A model generated the notes under the pieces. That model was not told the DNA's origin and did not search any database. It saw only the letters and a list, made by a program, of their open reading frames with translations. 64,000 nt of DNA from assembly GCA_002104905.1 (NCBI GenBank), contig MCFE01000109.1, positions 1-64,000 of the forward strand. The letters run 5' to 3'. Below are positions 51,304-64,000 of this stretch, one piece after another. Positions within the stretch are counted from its first letter, which is position 1, and each line of letters starts with the position of its first letter. The position numbers were made by a program, and so were the translations under genes. The DNA is from Basidiobolus meristosporus CBS 931.73. Lineage: Eukaryota; Fungi; Basidiobolomycota.

Positions 51304-54300
51304 TGTTGTAAGAGTCTTGGAGATATTGGAACTGATTTGGAGGACAAGTAGATTATGTGGTTTTCACTTAATGATTGATTGAATGTAAAAGTAGTATTTA
51401 TACTTTTACCTGGTCTTGGCATTACCAACATGTAGAATAGGTTACGAAAGGTCCCAAGAACATGTGTGTAAGGTTTGGGGCTGTTTGGACAACTTATCAA
51501 ATTTTCATGTTCTGGGTACCTGGTATTTTGGTGAGAATATTTGAAGTAAATCCCAACAAGGAATTTGGTCAGTATTCTCTGGGATTTGAGGGTAATGATC
51601 TAAGTGACTAAGTTAGATGAATATTTAGGTGGAAATACAAATTATTACAACACTCCCACTCAGCTAAATGTTCATACTGACTAGCCCTAATTTTGACCTA
51701 TGATATTCAAACTTGTCTCTAGCTAATGGTTTGGTAAATATGTCTGCAATCATTTCATCTGAAGGACAGTAAACTAAGCTAACTAAGTTATTCTCTATAG
51801 CTTCATGTATGAAATGATGTCTAATATCTATGTGCTTAGTTCTAGCATGAAAAGTTGGATTTCTACCTAATTGTATACATCCTTGATTATCCTTAACCAC
51901 ATTGCTTCTTTTGTAGCTTCACAGGCTGCCATGTACTCTGCCTCTGTGGTAGAAAGTGCTGCAGTTGGTTGCTTTCTTGAGTGTTGTGCATTGACATTTA
52001 AAACTTGGCCAGTTTCACTTTGTAAGAAAATCTAGTACCCTAACTGATTTTCCCTAACCAAAACATAACTAATCCCTGTTATGGTTTATTTTATCACTTC
52101 TCAGAATCTATTTTAGCTGTCACACCTAATCAATTATCATGTGGTCATTACATCCTCAACTGATCTGCTAAGCATTTCCAAGTGATTGGTCTTCTAAGAT
52201 TTATCCAACCACTTAGTAGTTGCCAAGACATCAGCTGATAAATGATGCAATTTTTCATTTATCTTATGCACCTATCAACACCCCAGCAGATTTCAATTAG
52301 TCCAGTCTCTTGGCGCTTACTAATGCAACTCAATCAGAAAAGTATATATAAACTTTACTGAACCTTTTGGTTTAGTGTGTATCTCAACAAAACTAAGAGT
52401 TCAATAAATCCATTCTAGTTTCAACCCAAGCTTAGCATTTCTAGCACTCTCAAGAACACCAAGCCTAGCCTGCATAGCAAACCTACTCTGTTGCCTTTAT
52501 AGCCCAACTCAGCTATACATAAGACCAATATTTGACCAGAACCTCTCTGCTAATATTTCTGTCACTCTTGACAATTCTAAGATTCTGCACTTAGTTGTCA
52601 CTTAGGTTCAGTTAACTTGTTCAGAGTTTTATAACACTTTTCTCTTGGATACAACATTGAGTTCCATGAAATTGCTCCCTTACAGTAAAGAAAGGTGTAT
52701 CCTGTGGTAAATCTTCTCTCTACCAAATTTTGTCCCCAATTAGCATCAGAGTATCCCACAAGATCCTGTTCTGAGTCCTTCTAAGTGTATCTTAAGCAGA
52801 TATCAGCAGTTCCTTTTAGATATCTAAAAATCTGCTTAACTGCTGCAATATGATCAGATCCATAGTTCTGATTATGTTGGCTGACACCTCCCACTGAATA
52901 TGAGATATCTGGACATGTTCCAAGCATAATATACATCAGACTGCCAACTATAGATTGATAAGGAAAGTCATGGCTTCCAGATGGCACCAGGCTCTCTTGA
53001 TTTGGTTAAGTTTTGACCAAGTTAAGGTTTGTCTCCATTGGGGTAGCTGCCAGTTTACAGTCTTCCATTTTGTACTTCTTTAGTATATCTTGAATATACT
53101 TGGATTGGCTTAGGGTAACAGTCTGGGTACTTCTGTCTATGGAGAACTTAATCCCTAAGTAGTAACTAAGGTCTCCTAGATTGGATATCTTGAACTCCTT
53201 AGATAGGCTGGATTTAATCTCTTCCAATGTTTCTAGGTTATTGGTAGCTATAATAAGATCATCCACATATAGAACTAGTAGAACTGGATTTGCTCTATTT
53301 GGCTTATAGTATATACTATAGTCAGGATTACTCCTTTTGAAACTCAAAGATTCCAAATAAGAATCTATCTTGCAATTCCGAGCTCTTGATGATTGTTTGA
53401 GACCATATAGTGACTTTTTAAGCTTGCAGACCAAATAGGGGTTATTTTGGTCAGCAAACCCATCAGACTGGTCCATATACATGTCCTCATTAAGTTCTTC
53501 ACTTAAAAATGCAGTTTTCACATCCATTTGTTGAATAAAAAACTTATACTTGGCTGCAATAGCCAATATTAATCTGATGGAATTAAACTTGGCTACCGGT
53601 GCAAAGGTCTCAGTATAGTCAAGTCCTTTTGTTTGACAGTATCTTTTGGCCACAAGTCTTGCTTTGGATCTCTCAATTGTACCATCAGCCTTGTGTTTTG
53701 TCTTGAAGACTCATCTGCATCCAATTGATTTTTGGTTGATTGGTAATTTGACTAAGTCCCAAGTTCGATTTTCCATCAAGGCCTGATATTCCTCAGTCAT
53801 TGCAGAGCTCAAAAACTTTGTCTGAGAGCTATTTAGGACCTCTTTGACAGTCTGGTGCTCATCAATATGGACTGAATAGGCATAGGCTAAGTTTGTACCC
53901 ACATTGATATAGTAATATGTGCTATTTCTTGTGCAAATTTGGATCTCCAGGCATTTGATACTGGAATGATCACTTCTGGGATATTCCTGGGCACTTCTCC
54001 AGGCTGAACCACGGTTGTAGAGTCCTCTGGAGTGAAAAATCATCATTGTTTTGCTCTGATTCAATACTGACAATTGGTGGACTTGAAATCAGATTTTTGT
54101 CATCATCTGATGTCATTTTTTGGGATAATTTTGAATTTTCATCAAACAGCACATCCCTGGACTTGATTAGCTTCTTTGCTTTGGTATTGTAGAGTCTTTA
54201 TGCTTTACTCTCATTGCAGTAACCCAAAAATATGCAATTTACACTTTCTGGCTCAAATTCTGACTGATTTCTGGACAGTTTCTTGGCATATGCTGTACAC

Positions 54301-57300
54301 TCTAGTATTCTTAGATGTTCTGCATTTGGTCTGTATTCATACCATGTTTCAAATGGAGTAGAATCACAAAGTATTCTGTTATAACTCCACTTTTAAGATA
54401 TACAGCAGTGGCAACTGATTCCACCCAAAAATCAAAAGATAATCTTTATTCATGGATCATAGATTGTGCCATATCAACTATTGATCTGTTAGCACGTTCT
54501 GCTACTCCATTTTGCTGTGCGGTGTATAGTACAGTAGTCTCTTGCTTTATCCCATGAATTTTGCAGAAGTGGATGAAAAGTTTTGAGGTATATTCTCCAC
54601 CATTGTCAGAGAGTATTTTCTTGATTTTTTCACCAGTTTCTCTCTCCACCATGACTTTGAGCTCCCTGAACTTAGACAGAGCTTGTACCTTTCTCTCCAT
54701 GAAGTAGACCCATGTGCATCTTGTATAATCATCAATAAAAGTGATTAAATACTTCATCCTGCCTAAGGATAAATTTTGCATCGGTCCACACAGATCTGAG
54801 TGAATTAGATCTAATTTTCTCTTAGTTTTGATCAACCCAGAGCTCTTGAGCAGTTTCTGGCTTGTTTCCCATATATGCAGGCTTCACAGTGCTCCAAACT
54901 AGCTGGGGGATTAAGTTTTACTCCAGAAATTAGCTGATCTTTGATCACTTTGCGCAGATAAACAAAATTGATGTGCCAAAATTTCCTGTGCCAAAGCATT
55001 GGTGTTTCTACATTTAAGTTACTTATATTGGCTTTTAGATATGTTGGAATACAGTTCAACTTGTATAGATTCTGATCTCTGATACCCAAAGCAGTATTGG
55101 CACCATTTTGATCAGTGATCTTGCATCCAGAATTCTCAAAGCTGAAGCTGAGTCCTTCTGCTGTGGCTTTGCTTACAAATAGTATGTTTTTGGCTATTTC
55201 TGGTACATAAGACTTGTTCCATTGTACCGCGCCAGAGCGCACAGCGCAATCCGCGGTTGCAAAGAACGATTGGGCGTGATATTATAGCTACCAGAAGGCA
55301 GGATTGTTCTTGGACAATTTTGCACTATGCAGGACAATCTTGCACACTATGGCACAATCTGACACAATGAGGTTGGCGCAGATGATTGCGCCAACTTGTA
55401 ATGTATGCATCACGTGCGGGATTGGATACCGCTATAATGGCAGGTAAAATCCGGTATTTGGATATGTTTCTTTAATGTAAATGGAAATAAATGTGTATCA
55501 CACTATAAACTATACTGATACTTACCATTTTGGTTACCCTCACTCCAATTGGACGGTATCTCAGTGATTAATTGGTCCAAAAGTATCCTGAAGCTGGCAG
55601 CCCCCAATAGGCTCATTGACTACAGAAAAAGCTACCTGATTTGCCATCAAATATCCCATTTTGCCCATTGAGCAAGTAAATCCCTGATCCTAGTGATGGG
55701 ACAAGGTGTCATAGCTAGCATGCAAGCAATTGTGCAGGTGCAAAACAGATCCAATAGCTGCACTGGTATTACAGATGATGTATATATATGCAGGGTGTTT
55801 ATTTATAGGGGTTCTGTCTCAAATGTGAGACGACCTTGATATTACTTATATCAAAAATTTGATGATCACTGATTTGTGATGGCTCAATTTGGATTGCAAA
55901 AAAAAAGGGTTGGTGGGATCATTACAAATGTGAGCAATTCAAAGCAATTGCATCATCTTCTCCCGGGTTTTTTTCTCACAGGGATTACTACTGAAGCATT
56001 TGGTAGTGACTCACTTTGCACACCTATACTACTTCCTGGCTGACTATCATCTTGGCTACTTGTGTATTTGTAGTCAGTATTTTGCCTCCTAGTTGATGAG
56101 TGCAATGCTGCAGCTTGGCCGCGCTGAATTGCTCTGACTGAACCAACTGAACCGGCCTGTAGTGCCATGCACTGACGCGTTCTTTTACTTGCCAAGGGCT
56201 CCGGTGGTTGAGGCACTTCACGTTGGTCATCATCAGTCAGTTCACCAGAAGTAACTTGCTGATGGTCAGGCAAAACGGCACATGCAGGCGCGCCTTGACG
56301 CGTTGAGACCTCCTTTGTTGGTTATCATTGCTTATTAAAGCATTTTCTTCTTCCTTCTTATTTGCACTTAATTTTCTTAATTCTTCTTCTAGGAGCCTTC
56401 CATAAATGTAATTTAAGGTCAAATCTTCAGTTCTGGACTCTAGGGCTGATACAAGGCCCTGATACTTGTCTGTCAGGTTATTCAGGATGGTAACTATTGC
56501 ATCCTCATCAGTAGTTGGTATGCCCACAGATTCCATTTCATCCAGCAGCAAGGTAATTCTGCTAATTAGATTTTTCATTTCTTCTCCTGGCAACATCTTT
56601 GCAGTAAAGAATTCCTGTCACAGATACATTTTCTTAGCAGCTGAACATGACTGATAGGGGTCTTCTAATGTCTTCTAGGCATTTTTTGCTGTTTTTGCTC
56701 TTGAGCATTGAATTAGCAATTTGTCTTTAACATTAAGGCAAATGCAGTTAAGAACACTTTGTTCTTTCTTCTGGTACTTTAAGGCTTCCTCTCCCATGTT
56801 TTTAGGAGGGCATTCTTCTCCCATGACAATATCCCAGAGTCCTCTTTCTTGTAGCAGCATCTTCATCTTCACCTTTCACACTTGATAGTTAGATCCATTC
56901 AACTTTTCAGCAGAGAGAGAAGTTCCAGTAATAGCAGTAGTAGACTTTGCAGAGAGTGATAGCTTTGGACTCATAACCCATTGTAAGAGTCTTGAAGATA
57001 TTGGAAGTTATTTGGGAGGATAAGTAGATTATGTGGCTATCACTTAATGAGTTATTAAATGTAAAGCAGTATTTATACCATAATTAAGTCTTAGTATACC
57101 AAACTTGTAGAACAGGTTAAGGAAGTTCCCAAGAGAATGTGTGCAAAGTTTGGGGCTGTTTTGACAACTTTGAGAATTCTCATGTTCTGGGGCCTGGTAT
57201 TTTGGTGAAAATATTTTAGGTAAATCCCAACAAAGAATTTGGTTAGTATTCTTTAGGATTTGAAGGTAATGATCTAGGTGACTAAGTTAGGTGAATACTT

Positions 57301-57326
57301 AGATGGAATTACAAGTTTTTACAGCA
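51304..57326 (-). mobile_element. Decayed full-length Ty1/copia element (3' LTR 51304-51652, 5' LTR 56979-57326)
   Basis: Gag (LLQERGLWDIV...), integrase (DLIHSDLCGPM, QQNGVAERANR), RT (DYTETFAPVAK, LYVDDLII), RNase H (TKHIDIRHHFI) in gag-IN-RT-RH order. PPT GAGTGGGAG and PBS GGTTATGAG; many stops and frameshifts; no matching TSD seen. Confidence 0.93.
55223..56300. other. Non-copia insert replacing the zinc-knuckle/protease part of the copia element
   Basis: Copia homology stops after gag (...NDNQQRRS) and resumes at VLYVPE-like sequence; the intervening 1.1 kb has a hairpin and short GGCAC-type repeats. Confidence 0.55.
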
Positions 57327-57899
57327 GGACAGATGTTTTTGTGTAACCTTATCCTTTATCATTGCCAGGTCTTTCACTATCACTTTATCTGAGTGCTTCT
57401 TTAATTGAACTACATTTTCACCTTGCTAAATGTTGTGCTGATGCATCTGTTTTGGCCTGTTGGTCCCTTGCTGGGACTCTGTGGGCAACCTGATGCTTCT
57501 TTCCGGCTTGTTTTCAGCTCTCAGCCCACACTGTGACAGGCCATTGAGGTAGCAACCGGTTCTTATCATTGCCAGGTGACTGAGTGCACATTGAGTGGAA
57601 CTGCGCCCTTTTCTTGATAAAAGTTGTGCTGGTGCATCTGTGTCTGCCTGTTGTCCCTCATTGGCACTCTTCCAGCTACCTTATGTCACCTCAATGCTTG
57701 TTTAGAGCTTTCAGCCCTGCTTGTAATGGGCTCATGAGGAGGCCACAGTATATTTCTTCTCCCTGCTTGCTTCTAGTCCCCCTTTTATGTGTGCTCTGGC
57801 TCTTCTTTGAGTTAAATCCATATGAAACAGTGTAGAAATTACCTTGTGATTAGGAGCAACCTGGCATACTTTGTTAAAGGTGTCCTGATGAAAATTAGT

Positions 57900-60400
57900 T
57901 GCTTGTTGTGTCCAAACCAACCATGCATCACTTAACTGATTACCAAAGCATTAGGGCTGCTTAGCTACTTAATGCCATAGGCATAGGTGTATTTATGTGT
58001 ACATCTGTCCTCAGTATTTTTGGCTCTTCCTGGCTGTCCTTCATGTGCTAACTCATCACATCCATGACATACTTGAAAGTAGTATTTGTGATGAGATTGG
58101 GACATGACAGTACCTGCAACTTGACTTGTCATCCTATCTCCCTACATGTCTGCTCCATATGAACCTCCAAATAGGTGAAGCAAGGCCCAAAACTCACTGC
58201 ACACCATAAAAGATGGAGTAGTGCATGAATATAGTAACAGCAGAGATTTATGTGCTCAGCTTTATGCTTGCCGTCTAGCCACTCCAGTTCTGCCACAAAC
58301 TACTACACAACAGCTATAGATGCTTCTAGTTGGTATTGGAAATCTACTTCTGGACAAATATTTCTACAATATCCACATATGACTCCCATAGCTTCCAATG
58401 TACTCTTAGTAGAAATGGCTTCAGAAGGCTACTTGAATAAGTACATATCCAATTCATTCAGTGCTTGCAATTGTATAATTGCATATGCACATGAGTATTG
58501 ATTGGAGCCTGTGAGAAGTACATTGGTTAGCTGATATTGTGTGATATCTTGCAAATTCTCTCAAATATCACTGGTATCCTGAAGGACTCACTTAAGCTCA
58601 ACTGCCCTATTCACAACTTGGTCATTGGTGTAGGGACATTGTTGGCCAGCAAGTGTATTGCCCCCCAGTGGAAAGATTTTACTCCAGCAGATACTTTCAA
58701 TTTCAAGCTTCTCTGGTTTCTCACTAATTCCATACTTTGGCTGGTGGCTTAAGGCTTGCAAACTTTGCTGCACTTGCATACTGGCTTCTGTACATTCTCT
58801 CTGAGGGAATATGATGTTGTCAGTGTTAGTGTTTTGATAGTAATAATATCAATGTGTTCAAGTTATGGGGTGAATCATCTAGATCTTACACATCTGAGGG
58901 CAATTCAATTCAGTGTGTGCAGAGAAGCCAGCTATCTTGCTGATGGCTGGGGCAATGTTTCAAATACAAGACCATCTTCAACCTGCATCAATATTGAATA
59001 AAAGTGAAATAATAGCAATATATTCCTGAGTTTCAGGCAACTTGCCCATGGACAAGACTACATTGAGTTCACACTATCAGAGAGAGACATAGCTTAACCT
59101 TATTCAAGTTTGCTGTGTATGTAATAAATTGCCATAAAAAGGAGAGTATGCAAGAATTAGAAAACACTGATGTGCATATGCAAACTTATTTAATCTTGGC
59201 ATTGTGAGGTTAAGCCACCACATTACATGGGTAAATAGTAGATTAGCTCATAGCTGTGTGGATGCAACAAACAACTAGTCTTATTAAGACAACTTCATCA
59301 AAGTGAGCTGTGTAGCTCCTATACTGTAGCTGAGTTTTACATTTTCTGATAGGGAGTTTACAATAACAGGAACCAGAACACACCTATAAGCGGACTACAT
59401 TCCATCAGGAAGAAGGAATACACTAGCAGTGTACTTAATTGTAATTTACAGTTATTCATGAGGTTTTTATGGCCAAATTGCTAGCAACCAAGCATATTTA
59501 TGTAAAATATATGTAATAGCCGTGATATAAGGCATAATTCAAAGATCTTCTTAAAGGTTTGTAACTGGTGGTACTCTCATAAGCTCATCTTCATAAGTAT
59601 CTAATTACTCCATCAAATGGGCCTGGACTCTACAAAGAGCTGGGTGGAGATGGCATCCTATAGCACTACCAAGAATCACAATTGTATAATTTCTTTAAGG
59701 CCACTGCTGAGTTGTAACATTGCAAGCAGTCCTGATTAATGCTCAGTGAGTTTGAGCAAGCCAAAAGCCAGTCTAGCAGGGGTAAATAGAATGTCTGGCT
59801 CTTAATCTGTATCTAAGGGGCATGAGCACTGCTTTAATTATTGGATCATTATCCAAAACTATAATTTCCCAGATACAAGGTTAAGCCTGTGGATCCCAAT
59901 GTTATAGGTTTGTAAGTCCTTACTACCACCATAAGTTGCAGTGGTTATTCTATGAGTAAGAAGGCTAGCCAGGCGTAGTTTCCATCATTTGTTAGAACTA
60001 ATGCTGATTTTTATGTTCCTGAGTTAATTCCTACTCTGAGTACAAATGGGAGCAACATGTATTCATGCCACCCTTGATGAGGTAATCACTTGCATAGCAT
60101 CTATTTCAATATATGCAGCCTCCCAATGTCTTTGTTATAAGATTTTTTGCTCTTTTATATTGTCATGAGATGCTTTCTGGCCCTGCACACTACTGGGTTA
60201 GAGTCAAAGGAAATCTTGAAGTCTTTTTTCTGGTCAAAGATCCTAAACAAGTATTTCTTAAGTACTTTCCAGCAATCTTTCTAAACATATCCAAGCAAAT
60301 CATGGGGTCTAATTTTCCAGTTTGCCTAAGTGGACACTTGTACTTGTATATATACTGTCAATATATTCATGTGTGTCTAGGTAATCCTAACCTTTGTTGT
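57900..60400 (-). pseudogene. Degenerate CACTA/En-Spm-like (tnp2-type) transposase relic; boundaries approximate
   Basis: Minus-strand translation near 58150-58320 gives FVAELEWLDG...IHALLHLYG..VLGLASPIWRF, resembling the HxLxH..GP..W.F..ER motif of these transposases; heavily stop-ridden. Confidence 0.4.
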
Positions 60401-61217
60401 AGTCATGTTTGAGATTTATTTTCTGCCTAGCATTTTTCAATTCTTAACAACTTAAGCAAGGTCTCCCCTTTCTTACAAAAGGGGTTTGTGGTTAATGCTC
60501 CTTCTAGCAGTGCAGGTACTAAAACCGTCAGGAATTAGAGAAATGGGTGCCTGGGAAATTTTGTACCTATTTAACAAGTACTGAGTTTTACTAGGGATCA
60601 AGTAGCTGCAGGTTTATAAATTGCCTGACTAGGTGCAGACTATGGCTGCTCCTAGTTGAACCTACAGCTATTGTTTTAGGTGGTAGTAGCATTGTTCTCT
60701 AATAAAATTTATTAATTGCAACACATTCTGCCTGCTACATATCTGCCAACTAAAGCAACTAATTGGAAGGTCAGCATTGCTATACAGACACACTAAGCTT
60801 GAGTAATATGCAAGTTGACTAAAAGCTGCATCAACTTAATCATTAAGACTGTGATTCAAATACCTATGATATATGCAGACTCAAAATTTTGCTGGTACAA
60901 TACAGTCCGGCATCTAGTCTATAGTATAACAGGATTAATACCATTATGGAAGAGACTAGATTCTTATATAGTGCACGAGATCACTTTAGATACATATGAC
61001 AGCTCAAATGATCAAGGTCATTCTTATCCTATATGTTGTATACTACATGACAGATTCAAGCCAAAAAGTCATACTTGTATATATACTTCCAGAACTCTTC
61101 CACAGTAAGGGAAGCTGAAGACAATATCTTTGTAGGTTTGGCCAAGAAATCAACTGACAAATGTTTGTACAAAGTATAAAAGAACTATTACTTAGGCAAC
61201 CACTTAAGAGTTGTAGA

Positions 61218-63640
61218 TGTTATGATACACTTGAATGTTTAAGTTAGATGAGTTTTTAGTCAAATAAACTGGTTTTATGCTTAGCCTGTCAGTAAATCAG
61301 TGTTATCTATCAAATCAGTAGTATTAGTCAGCAGATGTATCAGCTGATCCTTTTCATACAGAAACAGATATTAAGCAGAGTCTAATTAGGTGATGATGAG
61401 GCAATCAAACTGGTCATCAGCCACAAGCTACATTATGAAGTACAATTAGTGAGCAATTGAGCTGGCATGGTGTATACAAGGAGCTGCTGGAACTTCAATG
61501 AAAATCAGTTCAAGTTTTAGTGAATACAATACTAGCTAAACTCCCTATTGCCCTGCAACTCTCAAATCAAGACTTGTAACAGTAGAAGATGCATGCCATA
61601 ATTTACCACTTGAGGACATGGAGAAGCTGCATCAAAGGAGTCAACTGTACTCTGAAGACTGATCATGCCTCAGTGGAGTATATAAAGATGTAGAATGTAC
61701 TAGACTTGTTCCATTGCACCATTGATCATTGTACTAGAAAGTGCTGTATATTTTGTTATTAATTTGATATTTTAGGGTCATATGCATGTCAATTTTGATC
61801 CCAAATTGGCACTGTATGGCACCATCTGGCACTCTGTGGCATGATCAGGCCCTGTGTTGCATGCTATGGTACTATTGGGCACAATGATCAGCTGCAATGA
61901 TGGAACAAGTCTATTATCCAGCAGATTGACAAGATGGGATGGATACATTCAGCAACCTGACCTGGGGAATGACTACTGCCCTGGGTAAAATAATATGCTT
62001 GCTGACACCTTATCATGACTTCAACAAGTTGCACAGCTCAGCATGATGCATGAAGCAGCTTGCTGCATTTAATCACAGAGGACTTGGAGGATCAAGCCAT
62101 TCCTAAGGAGATGGATGAAGATACCATGAAGATTATCCAGGATGAAGCCAGCAGGTTTGTAGCACAGGATGAAACACTCAACCATATTGATGACAGATGC
62201 CCTATTACCTATTGCTGATGGAAGCCCTATTGCCAATTGCCCCTAAGTTGCATGCCTGGAGTCAATACACAAGCTACACAAAGTAAACATCTTGGAACTT
62301 AAGGAATCTGAAGACTTGAGAAAGCTAGAGCATGGTGGCCCAGAATAAACAATTCATTGACAAGCTAGTGGAAACATGACCAAGTGGTCAAATTAATCAA
62401 CATTTACCACAGATAATTGCTGAACTCTTTCCCTTGGGGCCTGTGAGAGCATTTGAGAGATGGGAAATCAGCTCTGCTAGAAGACTACCCATTACTAGGA
62501 AATGCAATCAGTGGATCCCAGTAGCAATTGACCCTGCCACCACATGGCCAGAGACAAGAGCTGCACTGGTAGCCAGCAAATGAGAAGTTGCAAGTTTAAT
62601 TTCCATAAGATGCTGATAAAGCTTATATACCATATAGAATTCTTATCCAATACAGGAGCAAACTCTATGGCAAAAACATGGCAGAATACCTGGAAATGCA
62701 GCAAATCAAACATTTTAAAACTATGGCATATTACCCTAGCACCAATGGAGCTGCAGAATGATTTACTGGACTATTGGGAAAAAATGATGACCAAGTATGA
62801 AATGAAGCTGTAGGTAGATGGGACTAGTATATTGATAAAGTACTGTTTGCTGGCAGAGTAAGGGAGCACAACATAACCAAGTAGTTGCTATTTACTTAGT
62901 TTATGGATGTGAACCAAGGATTGCAGCAAAGCTCATATAACTAAAACTCACTGACAGAATGGAAGATGAGCTTAGTCAGCTTAGTAAGCTCAAAAGACTG
63001 GAACAACAGTGTCAGTAGGCTCAGGCTAAAATATATATAACAGTGCAGCAAAGCTGAATTAGAGATTTGCAAAGACTGAATCACCAGAAGCATTGACAGT
63101 TGGGAACATTGCTTTGCTGCAAAACTGCCCTCAGAAGAGGTTTGAGCTGCAATGGATAGGACCATTCAAGATCATAAGCAAGTGTCCATTTGCACCTTAC
63201 CAACTAGCAGTCAAAAAACAGAATATCTAACATGATTTAACTCATAACAATGGACTCAAGCTTGCAAGACCTACTAGCATTGCTGAACCATCTGTTTACT
63301 GGTATCACTAGAATGGAGATTCAGGAGAACCCTCTCAGCCTTAGTAGAGAAGAAAGCTATGTTCCATCACTTGAATGTAGAGGTTAAATCATTTCTTGCC
63401 AATAGAACTAGATTTATGTTCAGGCTATCTGTATATCAGTATTATCTATCAAATTTAACAGTGTTGGTCAGCAGATGAATCAGCAGACCTATATCAGAGA
63501 GAAATGGATGTATAAAGTATGATTCAATCAGTTATGATGCTGTAAATATCTTCATCAGTAGGGATTAAAGCATCTAGCAGATGGCCACAGGACCACCATC
63601 TTGGCTCTTGATCAGCTTTAAAGTATTGCCATCATATACT
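61218..63640 (+). mobile_element. Internally deleted, decayed gypsy element (LTR-like blocks from 61218 and 63360); right end approximate
   Basis: Similar blocks (CACTTGAATGT...GTCAGCAGATG) at both ends, purine tract before 63360, RNase H tail (RLTRWDGYIQQ..PG..N..AD.LS) and integrase (TxAYxPxTNGAAExF) remnants; PR-RT missing. Confidence 0.7.
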
Positions 63641-64000
63641 CTGTACCCTTCAGAGTCCACACAATACCCCAGATATAACTCATTTCTACTTGCTGATTTC
63701 AGTTTTGAGTGTGTTTTGTCAGGGATGTAATAGTAATCTCACTGTTAAAGATCCTTCAGTGCTGGAGGTCTAGTTTCTTGCCTGTATATGTTTTTCTGAG
63801 TTTATACACATATGCATTGTTTTCACTCCAAAACCTGTGGTTAACTTTTCTAGCATGGAGCATAGATCTTCCTATTTCTATTGTTGCTCTGTGAGTATAT
63901 TTCTGCCACCCTGCTGTGCTGTAGAATACATGAATCAGTAGTCTGTTGCAGTGGAACAGTAGTGGATCAGTGCATTGCTAGCTTCTGTGAACATTATTTC

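Overview
Eukaryotic, intron-containing DNA that looks fungal. The retained minor (U12) introns and a START-type PITP point to an early-diverging, non-Dikarya fungus (inference). Layout: (i) 1-8.6 kb is a Pol III island (U6 snRNA, tRNA-Thr(CGT), tRNA-Arg(TCG)) crowded with LTR retroelements. These include a near-intact Ty3/gypsy element with apparently identical LTRs 10 bp upstream of tRNA-Arg and a stack of solo LTRs starting 12 bp upstream of tRNA-Thr. (ii) 9.6-21 kb is an accessory zone: a Gly/Asn-repeat secreted protein, a His/collagen-like secreted protein, a sugar porter, and a duplicated Cys-rich secreted gene flanking an NmrA-like reductase. (iii) 22-49.5 kb is a gene-dense core: alpha-arrestin, a 2-TM protein with DEG/ENaC-like motifs, an auxin-efflux-carrier-family transporter, an RPS16-RPL13-RPL32-RPS3 cluster, mitochondrial LeuRS, a tail-anchored coiled-coil protein, tandem enolase-GAPDH, an Srk1/Rck2 kinase and a PITP. 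(iv) 50-64 kb is a CpG-depleted graveyard of copia, CACTA-like and gypsy relics. The most notable hidden signals are two U12-type introns (an AT-AC intron in the kinase activation loop and a GT-AG intron in the RPL13 5' UTR), tRNA-proximal retrotransposon targeting, an intronic C/D snoRNA in RPS3 and the DEG/ENaC-like membrane protein. All calls were made by eye; no searches or alignments were run.
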